Below, in pieces: positions 24,893 through 37,041 of a stretch of 64,000 bases of DNA; position 1 is the first letter of the stretch; every line of letters starts with the position of its first letter. The position numbers were made by a program, and so were the translations under genes. Location: the NCBI GenBank assembly GCA_040437565.1, contig JBDOQK010000021.1, positions 62,001 through 126,000 on the forward strand. Direction: 5' to 3'. This DNA comes from Albugo candida. Its lineage: Eukaryota. The notes beneath the pieces were generated by a model. That model searched no databases. It saw only the letters and a list, made by a program, of their open reading frames with translations, and had not been told where the DNA came from.

Positions 24893-27800
24893 ATGGAAGC
24901 AACGGGAGGCAAGACGGTATATTCGGCGCGATACGACACATTGTTACCAGCAGAAAAAAGCGCCCTTTGGGATTCCTTTTCTGAATGGAGAGCTTCAAAT
25001 TGCATGCATCAGGAAGCTTCCATTTCGAACCTCAAGTCAACACTCTTGGCAATGCAGGCGAATTTCATGGATCAATCACAGTATATTCGAGGCGACTATG
25101 TATGGCAAAAGAGCATTGCGCAATTTCTTCATGAAATGAATGATTTGGTACAAGGCAAACTTGATCGATTGTATAGTGAAAACGAATCGTATTGTTCGAG
25201 TTTTTGCATTCAGATTGCACAATTTTTTCAACAAAAAAACAAACAGCATCAATGCGATCTCTCACGTGAGCGCGTGATTTTTGAGGAGAAAGTGCGAAAA
25301 GTGCGGCAGACGTTCAAGATAGAGAAAGCTAATTCGGCAGTATTGGAGAAGTGCCTCCGTCAGCAAGAAATGCTACAACTCAAGTCGAGATTCGACATGT
25401 CTGTCGCACAACTTGAAACAGAGCATGCTGAACGCGAAAAGCTTCTTACCCAAGCTATTATCGAGCTCAAATCAACGTGTAATTTGACCCAAACGCGCGC
25501 AGAAGAGCTTTCATTTGCATACCAACAGAACCTGGTAGAGATAGAGCAACTTAGGGAAGAAGTAGTAGCATCAAAACAGAGTAATGTTTCAAAAACTGTG
25601 ACGACACCTCCAAAGGAAGAAATGACAACAAAATCATTAACCGATGCACGTCAAAGTGTAGCTACTCTCAAGGTGAAATTACTAGAAATGCAGGCAGAAA
25701 AGATGTCAATCAGCGAGCGTTTCGCTCAAATAACAAGAGACTTTCATAAAATCAGCGAAGACCTTATTTTGATGAGAAATCATGCAAGCAAATTGGATCG
25801 AGAAATGTTTGAGAAAACCAAACGGATTGCGGAGCTAGAAGAGAACAGTTTTGCTTCAAAAGAGATGCGAATGGAATTTGAAATTGGATTTGAACGTCTT
25901 AATCTCGCACTAACCGAAAAATCACGACTGTGCGATTGTTTGTTGGAGAAACAAGAGCGGCTAGAGAAGACACTGTTGAAAGAGATAGAAGAAGCGAACG
26001 AATTCGATGAGTGTGACGTTCAGATCAAGGCACCAGCGAGTAAGGATTCCAAAAAAAATCTTTGGGAGGCTGCACGCAAATTCTATGACTGGAAGAGCGA
26101 TCACAGCAAGATCGAAATCAAAGTACCTACGGATTCTTTCACTCCATTGCAATTGGAATGCAGTCACGCATTGCAGCTTCGACTCGAAATGGAACAGAAA
26201 TTCGGAGCGCAGTTGCAAGCAAGAGTGGTGCAGGAACGAAATTTTGTCTTGGCATACCTGAGAGCTCAAAATCGCAACAAGCAAAAAGCAGCAGCTTTCA
26301 TGCAAACCCTCTCATCGAAATGGAAGAAAAGGCAGACAAAAGCCGGATTGCCGACATCATACGCATCTTTACGTGATGGGTCGATGCTTGCAGAAGCAGA
26401 ATCCGTCTTGGATTTGTACACTTTTATTGAGCATCTTGTCGCCGAAGCATATGATAAGCTCGGGTACACTGACTGGAATGACACAGATATCGCGTTCTTG
26501 CAAGAAGAACGGAATAGTCTCAAAGATCGAGTAGGAAGATACGAAGCCCAATTACAGCATCAGCAGGAACAGATCCAAAAGCACTTGCATCATGCTGCAA
26601 AGTCACAATTACTACATCAAGAATTCTTTTTCTTGATGTAGTAATTGTGACTTTGCAGCATGATGCAAGTGCTTTTGGATCTGTTCCTGCTGATGCTGNN
26701 NNNNNNNNNNNNNNNNNNNNNNNNNNNNNNNNNNNNNNNNNNNNNNNNNNNNNNNNNNNNNNNNNNNNNNNNNNNNNNNNNNNNNNNNNNNNNNNNNNAG
26801 CGAGCGTTTCGCTCAAATAACAAGAGACTTTCATAAAATCAGCGAAGACCTTATTTTGATGAGAAATCATGCAAGCAAATTGGATCGAGAAATGTTTGAG
26901 AAAACCAAACGGATTGCGGAGCTAGAAGAGAACAGTTTTGCTTCAAAAGAGATGCGAATGGAATTTGAAATTGGATTTGAACGTCTTAATCTCGCACTAA
27001 CCGAAAAATCACGACTGTGCGATTGTTTGTTGGAGAAACAAGAGCGGCTAGAGAAGACACTGTTGAAAGAGATAGAAGAAGCGAACGAATTCGATGAGTG
27101 TGACGTTCAGATCAAGGCACCAGCGAGTAAGGATTCCAAAAAAAATCTTTGGGAGGCTGCACGCAAATTCTATGACTGGAAGAGCGATCACAGCAAGATC
27201 GAAATCAAAGTACCTACGGATTCTTTCACTCCATTGCAATTGGAATGCAGTCACGCATTGCAGCTTCGACTCGAAATGGAACAGAAATTCGGAGCGCAGT
27301 TGCAAGCAAGAGTGGTGCAGGAACGAAATTTTGTCTTGGCATACCTGAGAGCTCAAAATCGCAACAAGCAAAAAGCAGCAGCTTTCATGCAAACCCTCTC
27401 ATCGAAATGGAAGAAAAGGCAGACAAAAGCCGGATTGCCGACATCATACGCATCTTTACGTGATGGGTCGATGCTTGCAGAAGCAGAATCCGTCTTGGAT
27501 TTGTACACTTTTATTGAGCATCTTGTCGCCGAAGCATATGATAAGCTCGGGTACACTGACTGGAATGACACAGATATCGCGTTCTTGCAAGAAGAACGGA
27601 ATAGTCTCAAAGATCGAGTAGGAAGATACGAAGCCCAATTACAGCATCAGCAGGAACAGATCCAAAAGCACTTGCATCATGCTGCAAAGTCACAATTACT
27701 ACATCAAGAAAAAGAATTCTTACTGGCCGAATTGAATACTAGACACCGCGAATTGAGACGCTCATACGAAGAAGCAATCGCCACACGAGAAACCAGCATA

Positions 27801-28133
27801 AATTATCATCTTAAATCGAACGAGTGTTCGGTCGCTCAAAATACAATCAAATCTCTCAGTTTGATACATTACGACAAATCATCAAGTCAGCCTGCAATGA
27901 TCAATACGGGTTTACGTGCTGTCGGCCTTAAATCTCAAAGTCCTCGTTCTGAAGCAAAAAACATGGATGAAAGTGGTTCTTTTTCTTCGCTTCCGGTTCG
28001 TCCGGTAGGTAGAAATCCAAATGAAAAGCGACGCGATCATGTTCGAGGTCTTTTGAAAGAGGAATTGATGAGCACCACCGCACATTCCTCGAATGACAAT
28101 CATGCAGTTGTTGGATCCGATGGCGTAAGTTGA
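24893..28133 (+). CDS. Single long coiled-coil protein (~717 aa after collapsing a 1087-bp assembly duplication)
   Basis: ORFs 24893-26641 and 26856-28133 share an identical block at offset 1087 across the gap. E/K/Q/L-rich heptad-like composition. Confidence 0.75.
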
Positions 28134-28571
28134 CAGCTGAAATGCGAATTTTGATGCTGACATTCATTCACTCATCTGACAGCTATTCCAAATATTTCAA
28201 CGACGTCTTTCCCGCCGGAAAGAGTGAATGTCAGCGTTGGGATACTGAAATCAGAATCAGATTCACCTTTATTCATACAGTAATACCGGTACGTTTTCCG
28301 ATTTTGTGGCTCTAGTATCGCGCATCAAACTGTATCCACTCGCTCCAAAGAATATTGTATCAAGTACGTATGCAACAATGCGTTTTTCTCACAATAAGTA
28401 AAGCTAACGCATACGATCACTGTGTCTAGTTCACGCGCGCAACCATAAAGTAGTGGACATCTCTTTGAGGATTCATTTTTCTCTTCTCTACCGGGTATAC
28501 GGTACGTCCACGCCGTCATGAGGTATCACATGTATACTTATACCTCATGTATGTATAGTCGTCATACAAAA

Positions 28572-31379
28572 ATGAACGCAAATTGGCAGCCACAAAGCAA
28601 TTTATTGGAGCAAGTTGTGAGCCTTTTAAAGGCGTATTTGATTCCAAACAACGACATACAGCGTCAGAGTTATGAGCGCCTGCAACAATTCCAGCAAAAT
28701 CTGGAATTCAACCTGTATTTAGTCCACATTTTATCAAACCAATCCTCTGAATTCAGCCCGGACATTCGACAACTGGCAGGCTTACTACTGAAACGCAATA
28801 TCAAATCGCAAAATGTCGCAATATCTACCGGAAAAACAAGCGCACAAATGGAAATGCTCGCGTATATACGATCTCAAATCATTTGTATACTGGCTGATTC
28901 GAATCAAAGTATACGAAATACCGCCAGCTCATTGGTAACTACCTTTGTGTCTCAGTATACGTTTATCGATGAATGGCCAGAATTGATGCCGGCGCTATTT
29001 CAATATCTTGAGCAACAGAACAATGTCGATGCGATTGCCGGGGCATTCAGTGCTCTGTGTAAGATCTGCGAAGACTCGGCTTCGAGATTAGAAAGCTCAC
29101 CGACACGGCCGCTGAATAAACTGATACCGATATTACTGCAGTATTTTCATCATCCGACATCTCAATTCCGCCAGGATGCTCTCAATTGTATCAATCATGT
29201 GCTCGTGTTCATGCCTGTGGGGCTGGTGATACATATGGAAGGCTTCTTACAGGGAATATCGAATCTCACCCAAGATGCAAACAATCAAGTGCGAAGATTG
29301 GTATGTAAAAGTATTGTCATATTACTGGAAGTCGGTGTGCAGTACCTTGCACCTCATTTGGATCAGATCATTCAATTTATCTTACGAGCAAATGAAGACG
29401 ACGATGAAGAAATCGCTATTGAAGCGTGTGAGTTTTGGGCGTCTTTTGTGGATCTAAAAGAGTTTAAAGATTTGAAGCCGATTTTACAACCTTATTTACC
29501 ACGCGTTCTGCCGCTTTTATTCAGTAAAATGGTGTATTCGGAAGAAGATCTCGCTACTTTTGAAGCAGAAGAACAACAGCAGAATGAAAGTGTTCCCGAC
29601 AGACCTGAAGATATCAAACCGATTTTTCACAAAACTGTGAAGAAAGCAGATGGACAGATCGAGTCGAGTCTCAAGCCACAATCAGTGGAGGCACAATGTA
29701 CATCGGAGACGACCTTCAAAGGAGCTTGCGGAGTGACAAATGTTCATGTTGGAGACGACTCAGAGGACGAGGATGATGAAGACGATGATGATGATGACTC
29801 TATGCTTCAATGGAATCTTCGTCGATGCTCTGCTGCAAGTCTAGATAACTTGGCCAATGGGTACGGGAATCAAGTATTGCCAGTTTTATTGCCATTATTG
29901 CAAGAACGCTTATCACTCGATGGTCCTTGGCCTTTAGTGGAAAGTGGTATTCTCGCATTAGGAGCTATTGCTGATGGATGTTATACAGGAATCACTCCTC
30001 ATTTACCTCAGCTTTTCCCATTTCTGATGCAGAAACTCAACGATCCAGCGCCATTTATTCGAAGTATTACTTGCTGGACACTGAGTCGATACGCTTCTTG
30101 GATCGTAGATCAAAGCAATCACGATCAATTTCTCAAGCCTTTGATGGAAGGAATGTTACAACGCATCTTGGATCCGCATAAAAAGGTTCAAGAAGCCGCG
30201 TGTTCCGCCTTTTGCACTTTGGAAGAAGAAGCACGTGAAGATCTCATCCCGTACTTGGGCTTTATTCTCCAGACATTCATGTGTGCATTCGCAAAGTATC
30301 AAGCGAAAAACCTCCTCATTTTGTACGATGCGATTGGCACATTGGCAGATTCCGTCTCGAGTCATTTGAATGAGAAGGAGTTCATTGCGGTTTTAATGCC
30401 GCCACTACTTTCAAAATGGAACGAATTGGCTGACAATCGTCGTGAGATCCTTCCGCTTTTCGAGTGTTTGGCGTCTGTTGCCTCGGCTTTGGGTAATGGC
30501 TTTGAGGAATTCGCTTTGATCGTTTATGGGCGCTGTCAACGCATTGTGGAGAATGAACTGATGGCTGATGCAATGTATGAGCAGAATCCAACTGATTGTG
30601 ATGCTGGCGATCCTGAATTCCTAGTTTGCGCATTGGATCTGATCTCTGGAATTGTGGAAGGAATTCAGTGTCAATGTGAGGGGCTACTAATGGGGTCAAA
30701 TATTCTGAACATTGTGGCGAATTGTATTCAGCATAGCACCTTGGATGTTCGCCAAAGTGCGATGGGTGTGATTGGTGATATTGCGAAATATGCACCAGCG
30801 ATTTTGAAGCCAGGATTGGAGCAAATGATTCCGATATTGGTGCACAATATTGACCCGGAAATACCGACTGTATGTAACAATGCGAGTTGGTCAGTCGGGG
30901 AAATTGCGATGCAATTAAGAGGGGACATGGAGCCGTTTGTGCATGATATACTTACGAGATTGATTGGGATGATAAATCGACCGAAATTACCGCGAAATCT
31001 GATCGAAAATTGCGCGATTACGATTGGTCGATTGGGATACGTGTGTCCGCATCAAGTGGCACCGTACCTTAAAGAATTCGCGAAACCATGGTGTCGCGCA
31101 TTGGCTCATTTAAATTCGATGGAGGAGAAGGAGGAATGTTTTTTGGGATTGTGTTATGTGATTCAGGCGAATCCGAATGGTATTGTGGCAGACTTTGTGT
31201 ATTTTTGTGGCGCAATAGCATCATTGCAAGGCCAAGAAATTGAGAATCAAGAACTAAAGCAGATGCTGTATCAATTGGTTCACAGCTTCAAGCAAAGTAT
31301 GGGTGAAAATTGGGCGAATTACTTTGCTGCTTTCCCGAAAAGCCTACAAACTTTTTTAAGTACGTGTTTCCACATATGA
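28572..31379 (+). CDS. TNPO1: Transportin-1 (importin beta-2 / karyopherin beta2)
   Basis: Intronless ORF from 28518, likely start MNANWQP at 28572. Motifs IRQLAGLLLKRNI, ACEFW, VPDRPEDIKPIFH, an acidic H8 loop, WNLRRCSAASLD, ILALGAIADGC, KKVQEAACSAF, YQAKNLLILYDAIGTLADSV and ENCAITIGRLG. Confidence 0.95.
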   Translation: MNANWQPQSNLLEQVVSLLKAYLIPNNDIQRQSYERLQQFQQNLEFNLYLVHILSNQSSEFSPDIRQLAGLLLKRNIKSQNVAISTGKTSAQMEMLAYIRSQIICILADSNQSIRNTASSLVTTFVSQYTFIDEWPELMPALFQYLEQQNNVDAIAGAFSALCKICEDSASRLESSPTRPLNKLIPILLQYFHHPTSQFRQDALNCINHVLVFMPVGLVIHMEGFLQGISNLTQDANNQVRRLVCKSIVILLEVGVQYLAPHLDQIIQFILRANEDDDEEIAIEACEFWASFVDLKEFKDLKPILQPYLPRVLPLLFSKMVYSEEDLATFEAEEQQQNESVPDRPEDIKPIFHKTVKKADGQIESSLKPQSVEAQCTSETTFKGACGVTNVHVGDDSEDEDDEDDDDDDSMLQWNLRRCSAASLDNLANGYGNQVLPVLLPLLQERLSLDGPWPLVESGILALGAIADGCYTGITPHLPQLFPFLMQKLNDPAPFIRSITCWTLSRYASWIVDQSNHDQFLKPLMEGMLQRILDPHKKVQEAACSAFCTLEEEAREDLIPYLGFILQTFMCAFAKYQAKNLLILYDAIGTLADSVSSHLNEKEFIAVLMPPLLSKWNELADNRREILPLFECLASVASALGNGFEEFALIVYGRCQRIVENELMADAMYEQNPTDCDAGDPEFLVCALDLISGIVEGIQCQCEGLLMGSNILNIVANCIQHSTLDVRQSAMGVIGDIAKYAPAILKPGLEQMIPILVHNIDPEIPTVCNNASWSVGEIAMQLRGDMEPFVHDILTRLIGMINRPKLPRNLIENCAITIGRLGYVCPHQVAPYLKEFAKPWCRALAHLNSMEEKEECFLGLCYVIQANPNGIVADFVYFCGAIASLQGQEIENQELKQMLYQLVHSFKQSMGENWANYFAAFPKSLQTFLSTCFHI

Positions 31380-31631
31380 AGCGTACTTGTAGGAATTTAG
31401 TATAGGAATTAGTATAGGAATAGGAAATCGGACCGGCACAGCGTAGAGGGGTAAACCATCATAGTTACTTGACTTAGTATAAGTCTACACAGGTACCTGC
31501 AAGATTGTTTGCACCACATCTTCAACCCTTTTGACGTGATGTGGCAAAATATGTCACACAATTTTCTTGCTGCTCCTTTTCGTAGAAAAAAGTAACAAAT
31601 TGCTGAATTCGTTTTGATAATTCGAATTCGA

Positions 31632-32486
31632 ATGAAGAAAAACGATTACTATAAAGTTACCACAATATTAGATTTGAAAGGGTCAGTCAGAACGAGTAAA
31701 ATCGGGCAACGTACAGTCTGCGTTCCGTTCCTGGTACCTCATTCTGTAATTATCAACCGAAAGAGAAGAATGCTTGTATCGACAGTAATTGGGATACTTA
31801 CGATTTTATTGGTGGTTCTTACTGTCTTCATTTATCTATTTATAAAAATCGTGCTTTGGGTATCTATTCCTCTAAGCCTTCTTTTGTGTGTGATTTGTGT
31901 GAGTATAATATGGGTATACATCTTGCGTTCCATGCGTGCGAAGGGATACTATACGTGCACTCAGATACTTATGGAAGATAGAGTCGTGCCACCTTCCAAT
32001 TCTTCAAGCACAGTGGACGCTACAGGTATGCTTGGCTCACATGCACGGTATCGAAAGCCCAAAATACGCGAGCATCGCTTTCTCCAGAATGCACACAGTA
32101 TACTTGTATCGACCAAGTCTACAAAATCATATGAGAGTGAAGTATCAACGACGGAATCAGAAGATGATTCTGAGGATGCAAGTGTGACGGACCCGAATCT
32201 GAGTCGCAGTTTTACGCTTCCAGCTGATTTTGTACGACGTCGCGCGCATTCGCAAGGCCGTCCTCTTCACAGCAAACACCTGAAAAGAACATCACTTTGT
32301 AAAATGGATTCTACACGCGTCTATGGAACCATACGGAAACGAGCTGCAACTTGTCTTGAAACCAGCGCTCCATTATCTCGGAATAGATGTCATGGTAGTC
32401 GTGCTTTGGAAACGGGAGACGTATACATCGGTAATTTTCGGAATTCTACAATTGTCCCTCGCGAGCGGTTTAATCGCTTCTCATGA
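31632..32486 (+). CDS. Hypothetical membrane protein (two N-terminal TM helices, Ser-rich tail)
   Basis: ~285-aa ORF with hydrophobic stretch MLVSTVIGILTILLVVLTVFIYLFIKIVLWVSIPLSLLLCVICVSIIWVYIL. Confidence 0.6.
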   Translation: MKKNDYYKVTTILDLKGSVRTSKIGQRTVCVPFLVPHSVIINRKRRMLVSTVIGILTILLVVLTVFIYLFIKIVLWVSIPLSLLLCVICVSIIWVYILRSMRAKGYYTCTQILMEDRVVPPSNSSSTVDATGMLGSHARYRKPKIREHRFLQNAHSILVSTKSTKSYESEVSTTESEDDSEDASVTDPNLSRSFTLPADFVRRRAHSQGRPLHSKHLKRTSLCKMDSTRVYGTIRKRAATCLETSAPLSRNRCHGSRALETGDVYIGNFRNSTIVPRERFNRFS

Positions 32487-32554
32487 AGCTGCTCGTGCCT
32501 TTACTTGGGTATTTTAACTACTTTGGTAGCACTGGATAGTGTGGACACGCCATT

Positions 32555-33520
32555 TTAACCATTTGATGTCGAATTCAGGGCATTTTTGGCGGTGGAAATG
32601 TCTCTCGGCGATGGAAAGGATTGGCTGGAAAGTCTATTTGATCCTGTCATGCCTTTATCCCTGATCGTGGTGAATGAGCAGGTCGAGGAAGCAAACTCGA
32701 AGCTTTTGTTTTCTTCATTTTGCAAAGTGATTTGTGATGGATCTTCGAGTAATGATACCGAATGGAGCGAGGTCACATGAAGATCAGTTTTTTCCACGAA
32801 TTCAACGTTAGAACCTTGCTTTCCTTTCGTTTCCGATCGATTGGTTTTTCTACAAATCGCTGGTGAAACAATCGAATCATTTGATAAAGTTCTTGAGTTT
32901 CTTGTCTTTTGTTCGTCTTCTCGACTGTTGTAGATAGGCGATAGAGGACACCCAAAAAGATCATTTCTCGCAGTGCATTTCTTTTCACGGACAGAAAGCT
33001 GAAATCGATTCATTTTCACATGACGATCTTTCACGTGTGTTTGATATGTCACAATTGCCTCCTGGCAACGTGTGTGTAATTGATTCGGAGCGTACCTTTT
33101 CTCAAAATGCCACATGGTTGGCGATACAGTGGTTGAAACTTGTACCGAAGGCTCTTCCTGAAACAGCTTTCGTGCAATAGGATCTTCGTGCTGAGCGCTT
33201 TCAGAGGGTAAAACTACTTCATTTTGATCTGTTTTCTGTTCGGTAAGAGGTGAGAACTCGACAGGATTCATTGCTGATAGCGTATCGATACTCCAAGAGA
33301 GTTGTGTTACAGTCTGTTCAGTTATGTTCGTGTGGGAGGACCGATGTCGTGGGGTTTCGAATGTTTTGGAGTCGGCGATTGGATCGTATTGTAAGGAAAC
33401 TTCGAATGAGGGAAAGTTGTCACGTTTTACATTATTTTCGAATGGATTTTTGAATGATTCAATGGCATTTTGAGAGCTGAAAGGAGATATACTCGCCGTC
33501 GTTTCAGTATCATGCGCCAT
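32555..33520 (-). CDS. BORA: BORA (aurora borealis) N-terminal-domain-like protein; an upstream exon is possible
   Basis: NPFE...FETP...LSWSIDTLSAMNPVEFS resembles the conserved BORA motifs NPFE...TP..F.WSIDQLA.INPVEID. Several S/T-P sites (SPL, LSPI, SPA). Confidence 0.55.
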   Translation of the reverse strand: MAHDTETTASISPFSSQNAIESFKNPFENNVKRDNFPSFEVSLQYDPIADSKTFETPRHRSSHTNITEQTVTQLSWSIDTLSAMNPVEFSPLTEQKTDQNEVVLPSESAQHEDPIARKLFQEEPSVQVSTTVSPTMWHFEKRYAPNQLHTRCQEAIVTYQTHVKDRHVKMNRFQLSVREKKCTARNDLFGCPLSPIYNSREDEQKTRNSRTLSNDSIVSPAICRKTNRSETKGKQGSNVEFVEKTDLHVTSLHSVSLLEDPSQITLQNEENKSFEFASSTCSFTTIRDKGMTGSNRLSSQSFPSPRDISTAKNALNSTSNG

Positions 33521-34279
33521 GTAGAGCCGTTAATAAAGTGGACCACACTATGGCAACAAAATATTGTACAGAAAGGTACCCGCTGCATGAAAAAAAAGTC
33601 AACTCTTTGTGGCTGTCGTAAGCTGCTTTACTGCAGCTAGAGCTCACGAATCTAAGTAGAACAATTGATATTCTTATGCACGGTTTCAATTGACCCAAGC
33701 TCACAGAAAACGTTTGATTTGTGTGCAACACACAGGATCAGATGTGTGGTTGATCAGTTGGAAGTTCAAAGAGGGACAAACTCGATTGCCTTGAGTCGGG
33801 GAGTCCAGCTTAAGACTGTATGGTCTCAGTGTTCCAATTAGATATATAGCTGGAGCCAGTAGTGTCTCATATAACGCAATTTTTAGTGTGATTCATTCAA
33901 ACGCGATGTAGGAAGATTGTTACTCAAAGTACGTGTCAATGTCATCATCGCGCGAGCATCGCTGAGAATGATATGTTTGGGCTCACTTATGGAGCTAGAG
34001 ATAATTATCAAAGCAAAAGGCTGCAAGGGTGAGCTTATTTTTACATGAACGCTTCTTGCACGGAATATTTTGGTTCGTAAACTACAAAGCACTTTGTATA
34101 GTTGAGTGTGCAGTCCTTCCAATTCGACCGTCTTTTTCCTACAAAATCAAAGAATTCCTTATTCTTGGAATTAGCGATTCCTCACACAAGATACAGAGAA
34201 AATGATCCAAATTGTATTATTATGGATTTGGTCAGAAATATATATGAATCTTACAAAAAAAGCTTCCATCCAATGAGAA

Positions 34280-35665
34280 ATGACAACAATTGCAAAGTAT
34301 ATCTCGCGATTTAGACATGATTCGCCACGCTCACGGCGAGAAAGAAGAATGGAATGTGATTTAAATGATATCAAAAAAGATTTCTGGTGGATAAATGATC
34401 TGAGAGGTCAATTAGACGGTGAGAGAAGGGCAGAATTGTCCAAAAAAGCGTCATATATATCGTCCGAGTCGGATAAATCCGCCACAAGAGACGATAGACA
34501 GATCATTTTAGAAGCGCTTGAAAATACACACCCCGCTTCTTTATACAAATTACATATTGGCGACAATCAAAAGGGCGATAAAGATGATTTAGCAGAGTTG
34601 AAAGATCCACCACCAAACGCAGAATCAGAACAAGAATCCTCGGAATCAGAAATACCATCAGACTCAGAAATGTCATCAGATCCAGAAATATTGTCAGAAT
34701 CAGATTGTGCTTCTCTTTTATCTGATGGCGAGCCGACGACTTCTTTGCCTCTCTCGGCAGAGATGGAAGAAGACGCAGAGAAAGTGATAGAGCGAGTGAG
34801 AAAACGTCTCGGTCTTTTCTGCTCTCACGCAGCAATCTCACTCGCAAACAATCAATTTACCACGTACTGGGAATCAGAACACCAATTCAGTCTGAAAGCT
34901 GATCGCATCAACTCGAACAATTCGCCTTCTATACATCACATGAGGCCTTGTGTTTGTCAGTCTTCAAACAGTTATTCGGTCGAAACGATGGAAGAGACAT
35001 CAAGCGTTGATGCAACCCGTCACCAACCTACAGCCGCCATTCACGGTCGTAGGTGGAAGCAGGCGGTCGAAGGTTCTCATAATGAGAACATGGAAGATTG
35101 CTGTGCAAGACCTGAAATCCATCAGGAAAGACCAGACTCCGAATTGGATGCGATGCGAAACACTTTCGTCGTCACTGATTCCTCTGTACAAACAGATGAG
35201 CAAGTCGATGCACAAGTCACAGAATCAAAGTGTATGGACGACAGTGCGGTTGAATGTGTACCACCTGAAATCAAGGATGATAGCAATACTGACATATGGT
35301 CACAAGAAATTGAGAAAAAGGAAGTACAAGATGTTACGGTCATGGACACATTGGATACATTGGTCAATGATGTCGTACGCTCCTGGAGGACGCAGAATTC
35401 CCCCAACATCCATTCCGACACGAAAAACAAATTGTATGTGAATGTTTGTCATACGGAAGAAATAAGTGACTGTCTATCTGATGGAAGCTGCAAGCCGAAT
35501 AAGGATCACGTGGAATATGACTCGGATGCTGTACATGAAATGCTGACTCATGACCCAGTGATTAGAGAATTACAACAATTACTACTGATTTATAAGCATG
35601 CACTATTACGTCTAAGCAGCGGGTCAGTAACTACCGTAACTCGTACAAATGATGAGATGTTATGA
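34280..35665 (+). CDS. PROSER3-like low-complexity protein
   Basis: 461-aa ORF. IAKYISRFRHDSPRSRRER...DFWW and C-terminal DPVIRELQ resemble the conserved PROSER3/C19orf55 blocks (AKYI.RFR...P.SREER..FWW; DP.L..L). Acidic Ser-rich middle. Confidence 0.5.
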   Translation: MTTIAKYISRFRHDSPRSRRERRMECDLNDIKKDFWWINDLRGQLDGERRAELSKKASYISSESDKSATRDDRQIILEALENTHPASLYKLHIGDNQKGDKDDLAELKDPPPNAESEQESSESEIPSDSEMSSDPEILSESDCASLLSDGEPTTSLPLSAEMEEDAEKVIERVRKRLGLFCSHAAISLANNQFTTYWESEHQFSLKADRINSNNSPSIHHMRPCVCQSSNSYSVETMEETSSVDATRHQPTAAIHGRRWKQAVEGSHNENMEDCCARPEIHQERPDSELDAMRNTFVVTDSSVQTDEQVDAQVTESKCMDDSAVECVPPEIKDDSNTDIWSQEIEKKEVQDVTVMDTLDTLVNDVVRSWRTQNSPNIHSDTKNKLYVNVCHTEEISDCLSDGSCKPNKDHVEYDSDAVHEMLTHDPVIRELQQLLLIYKHALLRLSSGSVTTVTRTNDEML

Positions 35666-36059
35666 TTATCGTCGACTAGGCGTCGACACTGCAGCTTGGA
35701 TCGGATCTCATCCTCCCTATAGTCATATATGACACCTCCACATTCCATTTATGTCGAGAAAGTTTGTTCCCTCATCCGGTCGTACGCGTCGGCCATCTTT
35801 GCCTGTAGCTATTATCTGACAGTAGACTTTGCTCTGAGTAAGACTTTTGCGTAGCAGACGTGGCTCTGATTAGATTTAAAGTGTGAGACATTTCACTGAC
35901 GACGTGGTACTTCCGCAAGAAAAGAATCAAGCACAGCGAGCGTATGCGTAAATATTACANNNNNNNNNNNNNNNNNNNNNNNNNNNNNNNNNNNNNNNNN
36001 NNNNNNNNNNNNNNNNNNNNNNNNNNNNNNNNNNNNNNNNNNNNNNNNNNNNNNNNNNN

Positions 36060-37041
36060 CCGGTTGAATTGCAGTAGTGTTAAGAAGGACTCGCCACATC
36101 TAATAACTTTGCATAATGAATTCAACAGCCTCATTTTATCTGCTGGCTGAAATTGTCGTGGAATCGCATGGAATCGACTAAACGTGCACTCACTTTTCCA
36201 AATACTGTCGAGTTTCCACCCTGATATTGGAGCTTATGAATTTGATGATTCGTCTTTCGTCCGAATCTTCGCAGTCGTCGCTTATATGCTATTTAGCTCG
36301 AGCTGTCAGCACTTTGTATGGGGTACAGAAACAGGAGAACATGAAGACCGACCCCCGGTTCGCATTCGTTCAGCTAAACCTAAGCCGAAAGTGTTCAAGG
36401 AATTCCTTTCGCAAGCCGGGATGGATTTGTGTGTTCTTGAAGCTCTACTAGAAAATAACGCTGTATTAAGTCGTCACTGCGAGGGTAACAACGCAGAGCC
36501 TCTTTTCAACTTTGTTATGAATTCCAATCTACTTCTCTTGTGGAATTGATGTAGGTTTGTCCAATGTATGAAGTCAGCAAGTAGCAAAATGCAAGACTGG
36601 TCTGCGCAACTCCAAATGTTCCTGAAGAAGCATGAAAACCGTGGCAAAGCAACAAGCAAAGCTAAGGATGATCGTCTGAACCAAATCTTGGTGAAAATTC
36701 TTGAACATGATACAATCATTCATATGATCAAGGATATCAACGCTATGACATCTCAAGTCAAAACAGCTGCTGAGAGGCTGTTTCTGCGCGAATACGTGCC
36801 TTTGCCTAAACATCTAGCAGGTATGCCTACTTATGCATGCAAATTTGGAACGTGTAGTGACATTATAGCTTCGCTCTCGAAGAATTCGACAACTATAAGC
36901 TCCGACGCCCAAAGGTACGCCGAACATGAATGTGAAACCGTGACGTGTATTACAATTCCTGCATGAGCCTAGTCCATATGTGACGATCGTCAGGTATATT
37001 GCCCAAGTGTACTGCTGCTGGATCGCCTTCCACCATTTCCT
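36060..37041 (+). CDS. Spliced gene of unknown function (5' part in or near the gap)
   Basis: Consecutive coding-like ORFs 36184-36549 and 36568-36966 with plausible GT-AG introns (for example GTATGCC at 36821 to CAG near 36993). Confidence 0.4.

Noticed and set aside
26799-28133. Tandem paralog of the coiled-coil gene
   Set aside because: An identical overlap across an N gap plus a fold-back chimera points to an assembly artifact.
31390-31426. Short TAGGAATTAGTA repeat after the transportin stop codon
   Set aside because: A simple 2-3 copy slippage repeat with no further support.
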